Notes under the pieces: generated by a model
Told to the model about the DNA's origin: nothing
The model's input: only the letters and a program-made list of their open reading frames with translations
Databases searched by the model: none
Origin: Candidatus Micrarchaeia archaeon
Lineage (GTDB): Archaea; Micrarchaeota; Micrarchaeia; Burarchaeales; Fermentimicrarchaeaceae
NCBI GenBank assembly: GCA_038871515.1
Contig: JAVZHX010000005.1
Span: forward strand, 1-53,581
Length of the DNA: 53,581 nt
Direction of reading: 5' to 3'
Program-made: the position numbers and the translations under genes
Shown: one piece after another, positions 28,965 to 38,523 of the stretch
Numbering within the stretch: position 1 is the stretch's first letter
Layout of the letters: each line of letters opens with the position of its first letter

Positions 28965-29780
28965 TTAACACGGCGTGCATGAGATAGCGCAGTTGTTTGC
29001 TCCACACATATTATCTGATTGTTCAGCTATCTCCGAATCCATACAATGCAGGCTTGAAAATAATCCACATATCTCATTATTCTTGAGAGTTAGAGTTTTG
29101 GAGAACTGAAGGAGCATACCGAATGGGTTCTCCTTAATTACACTATTTAACAATTCAACGTTTTCTGATGAAGTTATTTCAACTCCATACCTCCAATTCG
29201 TAAATGCTCTGATTCCATCGGCTACTACGTTATCTGAATACATTATAGAAATTCCGGAAATTCTGTTTTCATTAATCTGGATGTCGAAAAGATGTATCCG
29301 AGAGGAATTAGTTATATACACGCCAGTACCGTAGTTCTTAATAAGACAGTTCTTCAATGTGATATTTGTTTTTCCATCAATTTCAACTCCGTAGGAGTCA
29401 GTATTATTCGCCCCAATTATTTTGTATTCCTTGCAGTCTATTGTTATATCATTTTTTCCAATTTTCAGACATGTTTCTTCCGAAATTAAATTTGCAGCTA
29501 ACTCGGAGCTTTCGTTTATAACACCGCATTCAGTTATTTGATTTAGCATGTCTCCAGGAACTCCTGGCTTGCACTCTGTAGTATTTGGAAAGCAGCCCCA
29601 CAAACAGGTTGAAGGGCATGCAAGCGGAGGTGGTTCTCTACACTTTGTTGTTCCAGGCATGCAGCCGTATTCGCATGTTGAAGGGCACTTCACAACAGGC
29701 GTTTCCTCCTTTGGTTTTAGGAAAAACCAGCCAGCTGCTATGATGAGTAGAAGCGCAACCAGAAGAAACTCCTTTCTCAT
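28965..29780 (-). CDS. Membrane-anchored right-handed beta-helix (NosD/CASH-like) protein B1 with Cys-rich stalk
   Basis: MRKEFLLVALLLIIAAGWFFL anchor after GGTGA; two CPSTCxxGC modules; ITIDCKEY..YGVEI..NITLKNCLIKNYGTGVYI beta-helix repeats. Confidence 0.8.
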   Translation of the reverse strand: MRKEFLLVALLLIIAAGWFFLKPKEETPVVKCPSTCEYGCMPGTTKCREPPPLACPSTCLWGCFPNTTECKPGVPGDMLNQITECGVINESSELAANLISEETCLKIGKNDITIDCKEYKIIGANNTDSYGVEIDGKTNITLKNCLIKNYGTGVYITNSSRIHLFDIQINENRISGISIMYSDNVVADGIRAFTNWRYGVEITSSENVELLNSVIKENPFGMLLQFSKTLTLKNNEICGLFSSLHCMDSEIAEQSDNMCGANNCAISCTPC

Positions 29781-29792
29781 GCTGCTCACCAA
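29564..29792. repeat. 229-bp near-exact repeat, copy 1 (copy 2 at 35446-35674)
   Basis: Four transitions in 229 bp; covers the SD, anchor and Cys stalk of B1/B2. Confidence 0.9.
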
Positions 29793-29818
29793 CTATATTA
29801 TGGGTATTACTGGTTAAG

Positions 29819-29827
29819 TTTATATAA
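29819..29827. promoter_or_regulatory. Candidate bidirectional TATA box between B1 and A2
   Basis: TTTATATAA starting 31 nt upstream of A2 ATG; reads TTATATAAA on the minus strand toward B1 (ATG 29780). Confidence 0.45.
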
Positions 29828-29849
29828 GCCTATTGTCTAAACGGGAGGT

Positions 29850-30421
29850 ATGGCTGGTAAAGCTCAAACTGCAATAGAGCTGCTCACTGTTTACGGGTGG
29901 GTTATCCTCCTTATCCTTGTTGTTCTTGTAATTGCTTACTACTCAGGTTACCTTGATTTGGGGCAGGTGCTTCCAACACAGTGCACAATAACGCCAACAA
30001 TGGGCTGCAGAAGCTACAGGTTTGGCTACACGCCTGATGGACAGAGGATGGTGCTTGTTTACAGAGTAGTTAATGGATTGGGTTATGATATTCAGTTCTC
30101 AAACGACGCAGTTACTTTATACGTTGAAAACGTTGGAAAGTTTGGCAAGAGAGAATACAACGGAACCTGTTACCCTATCTCTTATTCAATAAAGCCAGGA
30201 ACACCTCTTTCATGCATTGTTTTCATAGATGACAGTGAAGTTGTTCCATCAATAGGGAAGAATCTTGAGTTTAAGCTTTCAATAAGATACAGGAACTGCA
30301 ATGCACTGCCTGATTACCCAAAAACAGGGAACTGCACAGGCGCTCCTGAGTATACTGTAACTGGTGTGATAAGAACCCAGATGGAGCCTCCTGCTCCAAG
30401 CTTGTATGCATGCGGGGATGA
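29850..30421 (+). repeat. 572-bp exact direct repeat, copy 2
   Basis: Identical to 24120-24691 (offset 5730). Confidence 0.92.
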
Positions 30422-33400
30422 GGTATGTGATTATGTTTTGGGTGAGAACCCAACAAACTGCTGCAATGACTGCCCTGTTGAGCGTTTGACTTTGACTGCA
30501 GATCCAAATCCTGTTGAACAGTATAACACAACAACGTTAATTGCAACTGCGTTGTACAACACTGGTGTTGCAGCTGAGGGAGCAACGGTGTTTTTTGATA
30601 AAGTTGATTTCAATGAATCTGATTGGATAGAACCCGCTTCGAACATTACAAATGCGTCAGGAGTCACAATTTCAAAATATAACTCCCAGGCAGCAGGCAA
30701 TATGACGCTGAACGCATCAACATGCGGGCCGAATGCAACTACCGTAGTCAGAGTTGAAGTTCTCCCAGCTCCCGCGAATGGAACAATAGGTTTTAGTTAC
30801 TACCCAAGTATGGTTCCCGCAGAAGGTTATTACGAGGTGAATGTATCAGTAAATGATTCCAACGGGGTACCGGTTCCCGCAGGCATAATTGTGAAGTTAT
30901 GGGCTGATGTTGATTCAAAGGTTATACCAAATGAAACAGTTACGGATGAAAATGGTATTGCACATGTTATTTTCACATCCAACATAACCCATGTTGGAAG
31001 GCTTACTGCAAGCGCAATTGGCGTGTGGAATTCTACAAACCTGTATTTTGCGTTACCAGCAGGTGCTCTCATTATTGGAAGCACTGGAACGGGAGAAATT
31101 GGAAGCGAAGATTCGGTGCACATCTGGGCTTGTTTGTATAATATAAAAGGTGAGCCGATGAGCCAGCCCATAACACTCACAACGGATTTTGGGTATTTTG
31201 TGAGCGATGTTGGCGAGGAGAAGTTACCGGGAGTGGGGAGTTTTATAACAAAATGTCCCACTATTCTCAGCAGAGCTGACAACGCGATGGTGGGTTATGA
31301 TGTGTTTGGCTACAACGGAACTGCGGATGGAGGCGCGCATGGAATGCAGCAGATTGCCGACCCAATTGAATTTGATGCTTACGCCGGAAAGTTTGTCAGA
31401 GTTTATATGACGGACACGGTGAGCAGCCAGAAAAGAGCTGAGACAATTGCTCAGTATATAAAGTTGAAATACCCAAACGCGGGACAACCGGGGGGGAGGA
31501 GAGTTTACATATTTTATAACATAAACTACGTGCCCAACTGCGGTTGCGATTGGATTGCTGGAACTACGAATGCGCACTTCTACAATAATCTCACAAAGTA
31601 TTTGGATAACAACCCACCTACAGGAATAATAGATGTAAACCCTGTGACAATAAGCGACCCGTATGAGTTGAGAGATATAATGCTCAACGAAGCAAATACA
31701 ACAATACTCATCGCAGCAACAGGGCAGCTCCCAGTAGAAGTTTATGATTGTGAGGAGGATGGAGGAGTCCCAAAGAAATTCTTCCAGAGAGGAGGAGTTC
31801 AGATTCATACTGGAAATTGGGAGTTTTCAAGACCGTTAACAGGAGATAAGGACCATACGGAGTGTACAAATGGACCAACGTACAGTGGGCAGGATGGGAG
31901 CTATTTTGTTTTTGGTTGGTACCCCGGAACCAGCTGGGTTGGCTCAGCTCCAATTCAAAGTGTGCGCAAAAACAACACAATAACAGTAAAGACTTGGCTG
32001 CCGAGTGGTTGTTTTGATATAAACACAGAGCATCCACGTCTCTTCTCAGGTGAAGTGGGAGTAGCAAATGTGACTGCAAGCTTCTACTCCATTTCAAACT
32101 CAACTCTTGTTGAATTTGTTGCCAAAAACTGCTCCTGGGCAATTCAGAATATGACTTGTGGGGCAACAAAACCAGAATACTGCATAAGCGGCAGTTTGGT
32201 TCCCTTATGCAAAGAATGCGGCTGTGGGGAGTATGAAGCATGCGATCCAAATGAACCGTATGAATGCGTTGAGGTGCCTGGCGATATAAAGCTTTATCTC
32301 ACAACATTCAACGGAACTGGCACTCAGCTTCCAAATGATGGTTACACAAAATTGCAGGTTATCGCACAGGTTCTTGACAGATCTGGCGAGCCCGTTGAGG
32401 GTTATACGGTGGAGTGGGAGAGCAATGGGGTTATTATAGACCATATAGACTGCACAAAAACATCTTATGATTGCGGTGATTACTCGGCTCAGCCTTCTCC
32501 ATCAGACCCAAGGGCTGCTGTCTATGTGATTTCAAACGGAAGCTGGACTGGAGTTGCAAATGTAACTGCGAAGGTGAGAATTGGGGGTTTTGTGATTAAT
32601 AAATCAATAGACATAAATGTCACTACTGATAAAAGCATACTTAGGACGAGATGGAGGAAGGCGGAACCTGATTTGCTTCCTGCGGATAACTACACGAACG
32701 CAACACTCTGCATTGCGTCATTTAACAAAAATGACAGTGCAGTTGGAAACATCTCTGCGTGTTTCAACACATCGCTCGGCACATTTGATAATGGTAAGTC
32801 ACTTCAATGCTACAGTGAAGATGAAAGGCTTCACACAGATGAGTTTGGTCAGGTTTGTGCCCACTTAAAATCAGATAAATGGGGCAAAGCAAATGTGAGC
32901 GCGCTTGTTGAGAATTTCACCGGTACTGAATTTGTGAATGTGACGTATTATCTTTATAAAAATATAACCTTCTATCAGGTTCCTAGCTCAATTGAAATAA
33001 AAGCAGCTCCTAACCCTGCTCCACCGTGTTTGAGCACTTCTTATTCAAAGTGTAGCACTTCTTTGATGAGGATAAACGCAACCTTCAGAAACTCAACAGG
33101 CGACGTCATAGCAGGAATTCCTTATGTTTATTTTGAAATTCCAATGGCAGAAGATCCAGATTACCCATTGGTTTGGTTCATGCACGGGCATGCTGACAGA
33201 TGGTGGTGGGGTAACTGGGGCAAGTTGAAACCATCTTACATACCAGTTGCCGATGAATGCTATGATGTTGGTGAGACGAATAACACATGCAGCGCCTCAA
33301 CCAACAACCAGGGAATTGCATTTGCAAACTTCACTCCAGTTTATCCAGCAGGTATGTATAACTTAACTGTATCTACGTATTACAGGTGCAATGCCACACC

Positions 33401-34778
33401 ATATGCACCAGCAAACTGCCAACGGAATGTTTCTAATAAGACAAATATTACCGTAGCTCCTCTTCCAGCAAGAATTATAATAAATTCCACAGGCCCAATC
33501 AAACCAGATTACTTTGACAATAGAACTATAAACATAACAATATATGGAACAGATGGCAACCCGCTTGAGGGAGTGTTCTGCAGAGCATATATAGAAACAT
33601 GCGATGTGGGGAAGTGCAACGTGACATTCTACGACAAAGCTTCAGGTTGCTCTGGCACGTATACACTTGACGGCAATTCTGGCTGTATCTATGGGTGGTA
33701 TACCAATTCATCGGGTAGATGGGCGGTTCAAAGAGTACGAGCTAACGTTTCAGGCAATTACACTTTGACATTTGAGACGTATTACTATGATAACGATCAT
33801 TGGGTAACAGTCTCTAATTCAACTCTGATTGAATTCAGCCCAATTTTAAAAACAATTATAGTAAACGCATCACCTAACGTAACATACGCAGACGGTAAGT
33901 CTGTGGCAAACATAACAATAACTGTGATGGATTCAAACGGGGGAGTTATGAAGAACCATCCAATTCACATAAATCCACCGACAAATGAGGCAATGCTTGG
34001 CTGCTGCTCTTATACTGGTTGCAGCTGCCACAGTTCTACTGATGCAAACGGACAGTATAAAACAACTCTGTATTCGTATACGATTGGTGACAGCAATGTT
34101 TCAGCTTATTCTGAATACTCAAATGGAACGCATCTGGTGAAAATAACAAACTACACCAATGTTACATTCAAACCACCACCATCAAAAGCAACTATGAGCG
34201 CAACTCCTGCGATTATTAATGGGGATGGGATAGACAGAAGCAGAGTAGTGGTTGCTTTCAAGGATGTGAGCAACAACCCGACACCAGGGCTTTTGATTAA
34301 CTGCAGTGTAAGTCCAAATTCTGCATTCTTCCCAACAGCTAATCTAATAACAAACGAAAGCGGTGAAATAGAGACATATATTTCATCTATAGAGAACCCA
34401 GCAACAATAGCATGCAGTTACTTACACTACGCAACTGGGCAGAAGGATTTGCAAGTTTCATCTGTTGGGCAGGATAATGTTTATAAAATTGAAGTAAAAT
34501 CAAATGCAACGAGCAAGCCATATGGTGGTTATATTAACGTAACTGCTAATGTGACAAGAATCAGCACAGGACAGTCAATTGCAGACGGTTCTCAGGTTAC
34601 ATTTACAACGAGTTATGGAGGGAGTTTCAAAAACTGCGGGTGTAATCAGACGACTGCAACAACGATGAATGGGATTGCGTGGGTGGAAGTGACTGCTTCC
34701 GGCCCTGGCAGAATATTTGTTAAAGCCAATGTGAGCGGTGACTGGGGCGTAACTAGTCCGCCTTTGGAATACACTTAA
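29850..34778 (+). CDS. Giant pilin-anchored adhesin A2 (paralogue of A1)
   Basis: Same N-terminal ~190 aa as A1; colinear Ig-like and Cys-rich domains; diverged elsewhere. Confidence 0.8.
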   Translation: MAGKAQTAIELLTVYGWVILLILVVLVIAYYSGYLDLGQVLPTQCTITPTMGCRSYRFGYTPDGQRMVLVYRVVNGLGYDIQFSNDAVTLYVENVGKFGKREYNGTCYPISYSIKPGTPLSCIVFIDDSEVVPSIGKNLEFKLSIRYRNCNALPDYPKTGNCTGAPEYTVTGVIRTQMEPPAPSLYACGDEVCDYVLGENPTNCCNDCPVERLTLTADPNPVEQYNTTTLIATALYNTGVAAEGATVFFDKVDFNESDWIEPASNITNASGVTISKYNSQAAGNMTLNASTCGPNATTVVRVEVLPAPANGTIGFSYYPSMVPAEGYYEVNVSVNDSNGVPVPAGIIVKLWADVDSKVIPNETVTDENGIAHVIFTSNITHVGRLTASAIGVWNSTNLYFALPAGALIIGSTGTGEIGSEDSVHIWACLYNIKGEPMSQPITLTTDFGYFVSDVGEEKLPGVGSFITKCPTILSRADNAMVGYDVFGYNGTADGGAHGMQQIADPIEFDAYAGKFVRVYMTDTVSSQKRAETIAQYIKLKYPNAGQPGGRRVYIFYNINYVPNCGCDWIAGTTNAHFYNNLTKYLDNNPPTGIIDVNPVTISDPYELRDIMLNEANTTILIAATGQLPVEVYDCEEDGGVPKKFFQRGGVQIHTGNWEFSRPLTGDKDHTECTNGPTYSGQDGSYFVFGWYPGTSWVGSAPIQSVRKNNTITVKTWLPSGCFDINTEHPRLFSGEVGVANVTASFYSISNSTLVEFVAKNCSWAIQNMTCGATKPEYCISGSLVPLCKECGCGEYEACDPNEPYECVEVPGDIKLYLTTFNGTGTQLPNDGYTKLQVIAQVLDRSGEPVEGYTVEWESNGVIIDHIDCTKTSYDCGDYSAQPSPSDPRAAVYVISNGSWTGVANVTAKVRIGGFVINKSIDINVTTDKSILRTRWRKAEPDLLPADNYTNATLCIASFNKNDSAVGNISACFNTSLGTFDNGKSLQCYSEDERLHTDEFGQVCAHLKSDKWGKANVSALVENFTGTEFVNVTYYLYKNITFYQVPSSIEIKAAPNPAPPCLSTSYSKCSTSLMRINATFRNSTGDVIAGIPYVYFEIPMAEDPDYPLVWFMHGHADRWWWGNWGKLKPSYIPVADECYDVGETNNTCSASTNNQGIAFANFTPVYPAGMYNLTVSTYYRCNATPYAPANCQRNVSNKTNITVAPLPARIIINSTGPIKPDYFDNRTINITIYGTDGNPLEGVFCRAYIETCDVGKCNVTFYDKASGCSGTYTLDGNSGCIYGWYTNSSGRWAVQRVRANVSGNYTLTFETYYYDNDHWVTVSNSTLIEFSPILKTIIVNASPNVTYADGKSVANITITVMDSNGGVMKNHPIHINPPTNEAMLGCCSYTGCSCHSSTDANGQYKTTLYSYTIGDSNVSAYSEYSNGTHLVKITNYTNVTFKPPPSKATMSATPAIINGDGIDRSRVVVAFKDVSNNPTPGLLINCSVSPNSAFFPTANLITNESGEIETYISSIENPATIACSYLHYATGQKDLQVSSVGQDNVYKIEVKSNATSKPYGGYINVTANVTRISTGQSIADGSQVTFTTSYGGSFKNCGCNQTTATTMNGIAWVEVTASGPGRIFVKANVSGDWGVTSPPLEYT

Positions 34779-35662
34779 TCACTTTCGGCTTCTCCGCTGT
34801 GGATAGTTTCATTTCCAATGCTTTCTGGCAAATCGGAAAATGCGCAGAGAAGACAGGAAATGTCGCACCCTTCATTTATACTGCATTCATTATTCTTCCC
34901 AGCTAGGAATACAACATCATCACATACCAAGTCAACTTCACCAGAAACTTCTGAGCAGAGAAGATTGTTGGAAAAATCCTTTAGGATACAATGCTTCATA
35001 CTAACGCTTGTATTGCTTGCTGAAACTCTACTGTTTGAGAAAATAATGTTGTTGGAATTGCTCATCTCAACTCCAACTCCTCCATTATTAGTAGTTATTA
35101 TTTGGTTGAGCACAACATCATTAGAATTTCTCACCACTACACCACTTTCCAGGTTTTTGCTTGTTGTAACTCTTGAGATGGTTACGTTGGATGAGGAGTC
35201 GATAAACACTCCAATTCCAAACTCCTCAAGCACGCAGTTCAATATTGTGATATTTTTTCTGCCCACAATATAGAACCCATAGGAACTTGTTTTTCCACTT
35301 CCTTTCATTCTAAATCCATTGCAATCCACTACTAAATTGTCATTTTGAATCACCATGCAGGTTCCTTCTGACTGGGTATTAGATTTTATCAGAAGGTTAT
35401 CGATTACAGCACCGCATTTTGTCACATTTTCTTTTGTTAACGGCTCTGGCTTGCACTCTGTAGTATTTGGAAAGCAGCCCCACAAACAGGTTGAAGGGCA
35501 TGCAAGCGGAGGTGGTTCTCTACACTTTGTTGTTCCAGGCATGCAGCCGTATTCACATGTTGAAGGGCACTTCACAACAGGCGTTTCCTCCTTTGGTTTT
35601 AGGAAAAACCAGCCAGCTGCTATGATGAGTAGAAGTGCAACCAGAAGAAATTCCTTTCTCAT
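34775..35662 (-). CDS. Membrane-anchored beta-helix protein B2 (paralogue of B1)
   Basis: Identical N-terminal ~72 aa to B1; diverged NosD-like repeats (VVDCNGF...YGFYIVGRKNITILNC). Confidence 0.8.
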   Translation of the reverse strand: MRKEFLLVALLLIIAAGWFFLKPKEETPVVKCPSTCEYGCMPGTTKCREPPPLACPSTCLWGCFPNTTECKPEPLTKENVTKCGAVIDNLLIKSNTQSEGTCMVIQNDNLVVDCNGFRMKGSGKTSSYGFYIVGRKNITILNCVLEEFGIGVFIDSSSNVTISRVTTSKNLESGVVVRNSNDVVLNQIITTNNGGVGVEMSNSNNIIFSNSRVSASNTSVSMKHCILKDFSNNLLCSEVSGEVDLVCDDVVFLAGKNNECSINEGCDISCLLCAFSDLPESIGNETIHSGEAESD

Positions 35663-35674
35663 ACTGCTCACCAA
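35446..35674. repeat. 229-bp near-exact repeat, copy 2
   Basis: Matches 29564-29792 with four mismatches. Confidence 0.9.
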
Positions 35675-35707
35675 GTAGTTTTAGAGTGAGTGTATTAAAA
35701 ACTTATT

Positions 35708-36724
35708 TCACGATGGTTTGCAAACCCCTAGCTCATCAGGTATCCCACCGGAGAGCTTGCAGTAATAACCAGGTGGGCAACTCCAGCCAGCTATTCCACC
35801 GCATTCGCACTGGGCAATACAAACTGCGATGCACACTGTTCCTGGTGGCTCACCAGTGCATGCAGAGCCACACTCATTCCAATGCCCTCCATATTTCTCA
35901 CAAAGCTCCCTGTTCATTTCAGGCAAATCGCATCTCGCAGAATTGCCACTTGAATCGACAAGTTTACACTCCCCATTAACGCAAATATTTCTTACACCAG
36001 GACAGCGCGGCTGGGGGCAGTCTGAATTGATTTTGCATTCCTCCCTCATACACATTCTTTGAGCGGATACAACATCTCCCTGCGCCATGCTAACTAATCT
36101 GCAGTAAGGCATATCCAAAGGACAATCAGTATTGACTTCACACTCTTTGTGGCAGAGCAAATCTCCCTCTTGATTACCGCATACCACTCCACTCGGGGTG
36201 GTTGAACAGAACCGGGAGTTGTAGCAAACATAACCGCTGGGGCAGTCAGAGTTTGAACTGCATACAACGCTGTTTGAGCAAACATACTGGCACCTGCAGT
36301 TTGGGAATTCACCAGATGTATTCCAGTAACCAACGCACATTATGTGGGGCAAACCCTCGCAGAAGTTTCGGCATGTTGGGCATTCACCTCTGTAAAACTC
36401 CCACTCATCGCACCTGTATGTATAACCAGGATAGCTACTTTGATTCACGTAGCAGTAACCTCTCTGAGCTCCGTATTCATCTGTTTCAATTTTATATTGA
36501 TATCCTCTATTTATGCAATGCTTTGCAGCCGGGTTTGAAATTGAAATGTTTGTGCAGTTCGCAAGCGTTCCATTTTGGTAAACTGTCACGCATCTTCCAA
36601 AATCGCATTTTGAAATCACTTCTGGGCAGAGTGGTTGTGGGCAGTCAGAATCGCTGAAACACTCCCAATTCCCGACGCACCCAAAAAGAAATGCGGAGAT
36701 TACAGCAAGCAGTATTCTTTTCAT
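35708..36724 (-). CDS. Very Cys-rich lipoprotein with DUF333-like domain
   Basis: FLFGC lipobox; ISNPAAKHC...GYC...CDEWEFYRGEC; repeated CxxxSDCP modules. Confidence 0.72.
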   Translation of the reverse strand: MKRILLAVISAFLFGCVGNWECFSDSDCPQPLCPEVISKCDFGRCVTVYQNGTLANCTNISISNPAAKHCINRGYQYKIETDEYGAQRGYCYVNQSSYPGYTYRCDEWEFYRGECPTCRNFCEGLPHIMCVGYWNTSGEFPNCRCQYVCSNSVVCSSNSDCPSGYVCYNSRFCSTTPSGVVCGNQEGDLLCHKECEVNTDCPLDMPYCRLVSMAQGDVVSAQRMCMREECKINSDCPQPRCPGVRNICVNGECKLVDSSGNSARCDLPEMNRELCEKYGGHWNECGSACTGEPPGTVCIAVCIAQCECGGIAGWSCPPGYYCKLSGGIPDELGVCKPS

Positions 36725-36784
36725 AATGAGAGATTTAGAGAGAGTGGTTAAAAAAACTTGCGAATTTGTTTGGCAGATACCTAA

Positions 36785-37282
36785 CTACCTTATATAGGTT
36801 ACACTGGAGTTATCAAACCCCTCAACAAGCTCTATTTTCAGCTCAGTTGGAAGAGTAAATGAAGTGCTTGGGTATGTGATGTACGGAATGAACTTTCTAA
36901 TATCCTTTGCCATTTCCGTGACAACGTGTTCCTCTCCGAAAACAGCCCTTGTTATTTCGTATGTAGCTCTCCTCGCAACTCCTTCATCAAGAATGCCCAA
37001 GCTATGGAGATATTCGTGAAGCAACACATGGAAGCAGTAATAATTGAGGAGCGATGGGTTGGTTTCAGTTATTCTCCTCAAAGGAGTTTTATTCATAACG
37101 ATCAGATTCGTTCCAACCGGATAGAACGCTCCAATCCAGAAGTTCTCCTGTCCCCCCATCTCAGCAAGCCCGAGCATTAAACCTGCTCTCCCCCATTTTA
37201 TAGTCCTTCTTACCGCATCTTTGACGACTTCAAAAATCTCTGGTATTGAGCTTGAACGCTCAAGTTTATCTGCAAGCTCCAT
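36785..37282 (-). CDS. Putative zinc metallopeptidase (HEXXH)
   Basis: FHVLLHEYLHSLGILDE; SD GGAGGTG; directly downstream of the wHTH gene. Confidence 0.65.
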   Translation of the reverse strand: MELADKLERSSSIPEIFEVVKDAVRRTIKWGRAGLMLGLAEMGGQENFWIGAFYPVGTNLIVMNKTPLRRITETNPSLLNYYCFHVLLHEYLHSLGILDEGVARRATYEITRAVFGEEHVVTEMAKDIRKFIPYITYPSTSFTLPTELKIELVEGFDNSSVTYIR

Positions 37283-37293
37283 GAAAACACCTC

Positions 37294-37701
37294 CTATTCT
37301 ACGGGGATATTGTGCTCCGCATCTATTCTCTTCGCAACTTCCTTGAGTTTTTTAAAGTATCTTAGAACATCCTCCTCAATCTCCTCAATTGTACTTGTCA
37401 AAGTGGCATCCCTGAGAGAATATGCTCTCCCTCTTCTCTCTATCAAACCCCTCTCAATAAACCTGTTCAAATGATAGATTATCGCCGCTCTTGTCACATC
37501 CTTTCCTCTGCATAGCTCCGTGCTTGATGGATATCTCCCCCTGTAGTTTGCTTTGAGAAGTTCCTTAAAAATCTCTGTTGCCAATTCATCTTCATCAAAA
37601 CCAAAGCACTCACACAGCCATTCAATAAATTTATCTGCATCCTGTTCCCGCGGAGTTTCAAGCTTTCGTATTACAATATAACCTCTGTGTCTTCTTTGCA
37701 T
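37294..37701 (-). CDS. Winged-helix transcriptional regulator
   Basis: SSTEL...VTRAAIIYHLNRFIERGLIERRGRAYSL HTH and wing, plus C-terminal dimerisation helix. Confidence 0.82.
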   Translation of the reverse strand: MQRRHRGYIVIRKLETPREQDADKFIEWLCECFGFDEDELATEIFKELLKANYRGRYPSSTELCRGKDVTRAAIIYHLNRFIERGLIERRGRAYSLRDATLTSTIEEIEEDVLRYFKKLKEVAKRIDAEHNIPVE

Positions 37702-37792
37702 AGTGTTTATTTTAAATAGTTAAATATTTAAATGTTTTGTTATATAATTTTTAATAGATAAAAAATTTATTAAAAAAAGTGGAGGTGAGTAT

Positions 37793-38221
37793 ATGGAGGA
37801 ATGGTGGTTTGACCCATTTGAGGAAATAAGGAATTTCAGGAGAAGGATGAGGAGAATGCGGAGTTTCCCAGAGTTTGAAGCGCCGAGGGATTTCAGGGAA
37901 CCACTAACAGACGTGATTGATGAAGGAGGGGAGCTGGTAGCCCTAATTGAGCTTCCGGGAGTTGATAAGGAGGATATAAAGATAAACGTCACACCGACAA
38001 TGCTTAGAATAAAGGTTGAGAAGAAAAAGGAGAAGGAAGAGAGGGAGAAGGGGTATTACTACAGGGAGAGAAGTTACGGCGGTTTTTACAGAGCAATTTC
38101 ACTGCCTACAGAGGTTTTGCCAGAGCAGGTGAAAGCATCGTACAAAAACGGAGTGCTTGAAGTAAGGATGAAGAAAAAAGTAAAAACAGTGGCTGAGGGC
38201 AGAGAGATAAAGGTTGAGTGA
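37793..38221 (+). CDS. hsp20: Small heat shock protein Hsp20
   Basis: DPFEE, PLTDVID..ELPGVDKEDI, ERSYGGFYRAISLP, ASYKNGVLEV. Confidence 0.95.
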   Translation: MEEWWFDPFEEIRNFRRRMRRMRSFPEFEAPRDFREPLTDVIDEGGELVALIELPGVDKEDIKINVTPTMLRIKVEKKKEKEEREKGYYYRERSYGGFYRAISLPTEVLPEQVKASYKNGVLEVRMKKKVKTVAEGREIKVE

Positions 38222-38225
38222 AGTC

Positions 38226-38239
38226 TTTTTTCTTTTTTT
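38226..38239 (+). terminator. Oligo-T terminator after hsp20
   Basis: TTTTTTCTTTTTTT immediately after the stop codon. Confidence 0.55.
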
Positions 38240-38289
38240 ATAGAAAGAAATAAATTTATGCGCATTCAGAAAGAATTGGGGTGTTTAGA

Positions 38290-38523
38290 ATGGGTGTGAC
38301 CGTATACTCAACTCCAACGTGTCCCTACTGCATAATGGTGAAGGCTTTTCTCAAGCAGAACAACATCCCTTTTCAGGAAGTGGATGTTTCAAAAGATAGA
38401 AAAGCTGCGATGGAGATGTTTGAAAAGAGTGGGCAGATGGGAGTGCCTGTTGTGGATATAAATGGGAAGATAATTGTTGGGTTTGATAGGGAGGCAATTA
38501 AAAAGGAGCTGGGGATTAAATAA
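38290..38523 (+). CDS. Glutaredoxin-like (NrdH/YruB-type) protein
   Basis: VYSTPTCPYC, SGQMGVPV, IVGFD. Confidence 0.92.
   Translation: MGVTVYSTPTCPYCIMVKAFLKQNNIPFQEVDVSKDRKAAMEMFEKSGQMGVPVVDINGKIIVGFDREAIKKELGIK

Noticed and set aside
30830..32444. Long antisense ORFs inside A2, and similar shadow ORFs throughout the window
   Set aside because: They lie opposite well-supported genes, have Ser/Phe/Leu-rich antisense composition and show no motifs.
24120..35674. Diversity-generating retroelement (TR/VR pair) as the source of the near-identical repeats
   Set aside because: No reverse transcriptase in the window. The repeats are at 5' ends and mid-gene of two full ORFs, and the few mismatches are mixed transitions, mostly synonymous, not adenine-specific.
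24120..35674. Invertase-driven shufflon
   Set aside because: The repeats are direct rather than inverted, and no site-specific recombinase is visible.
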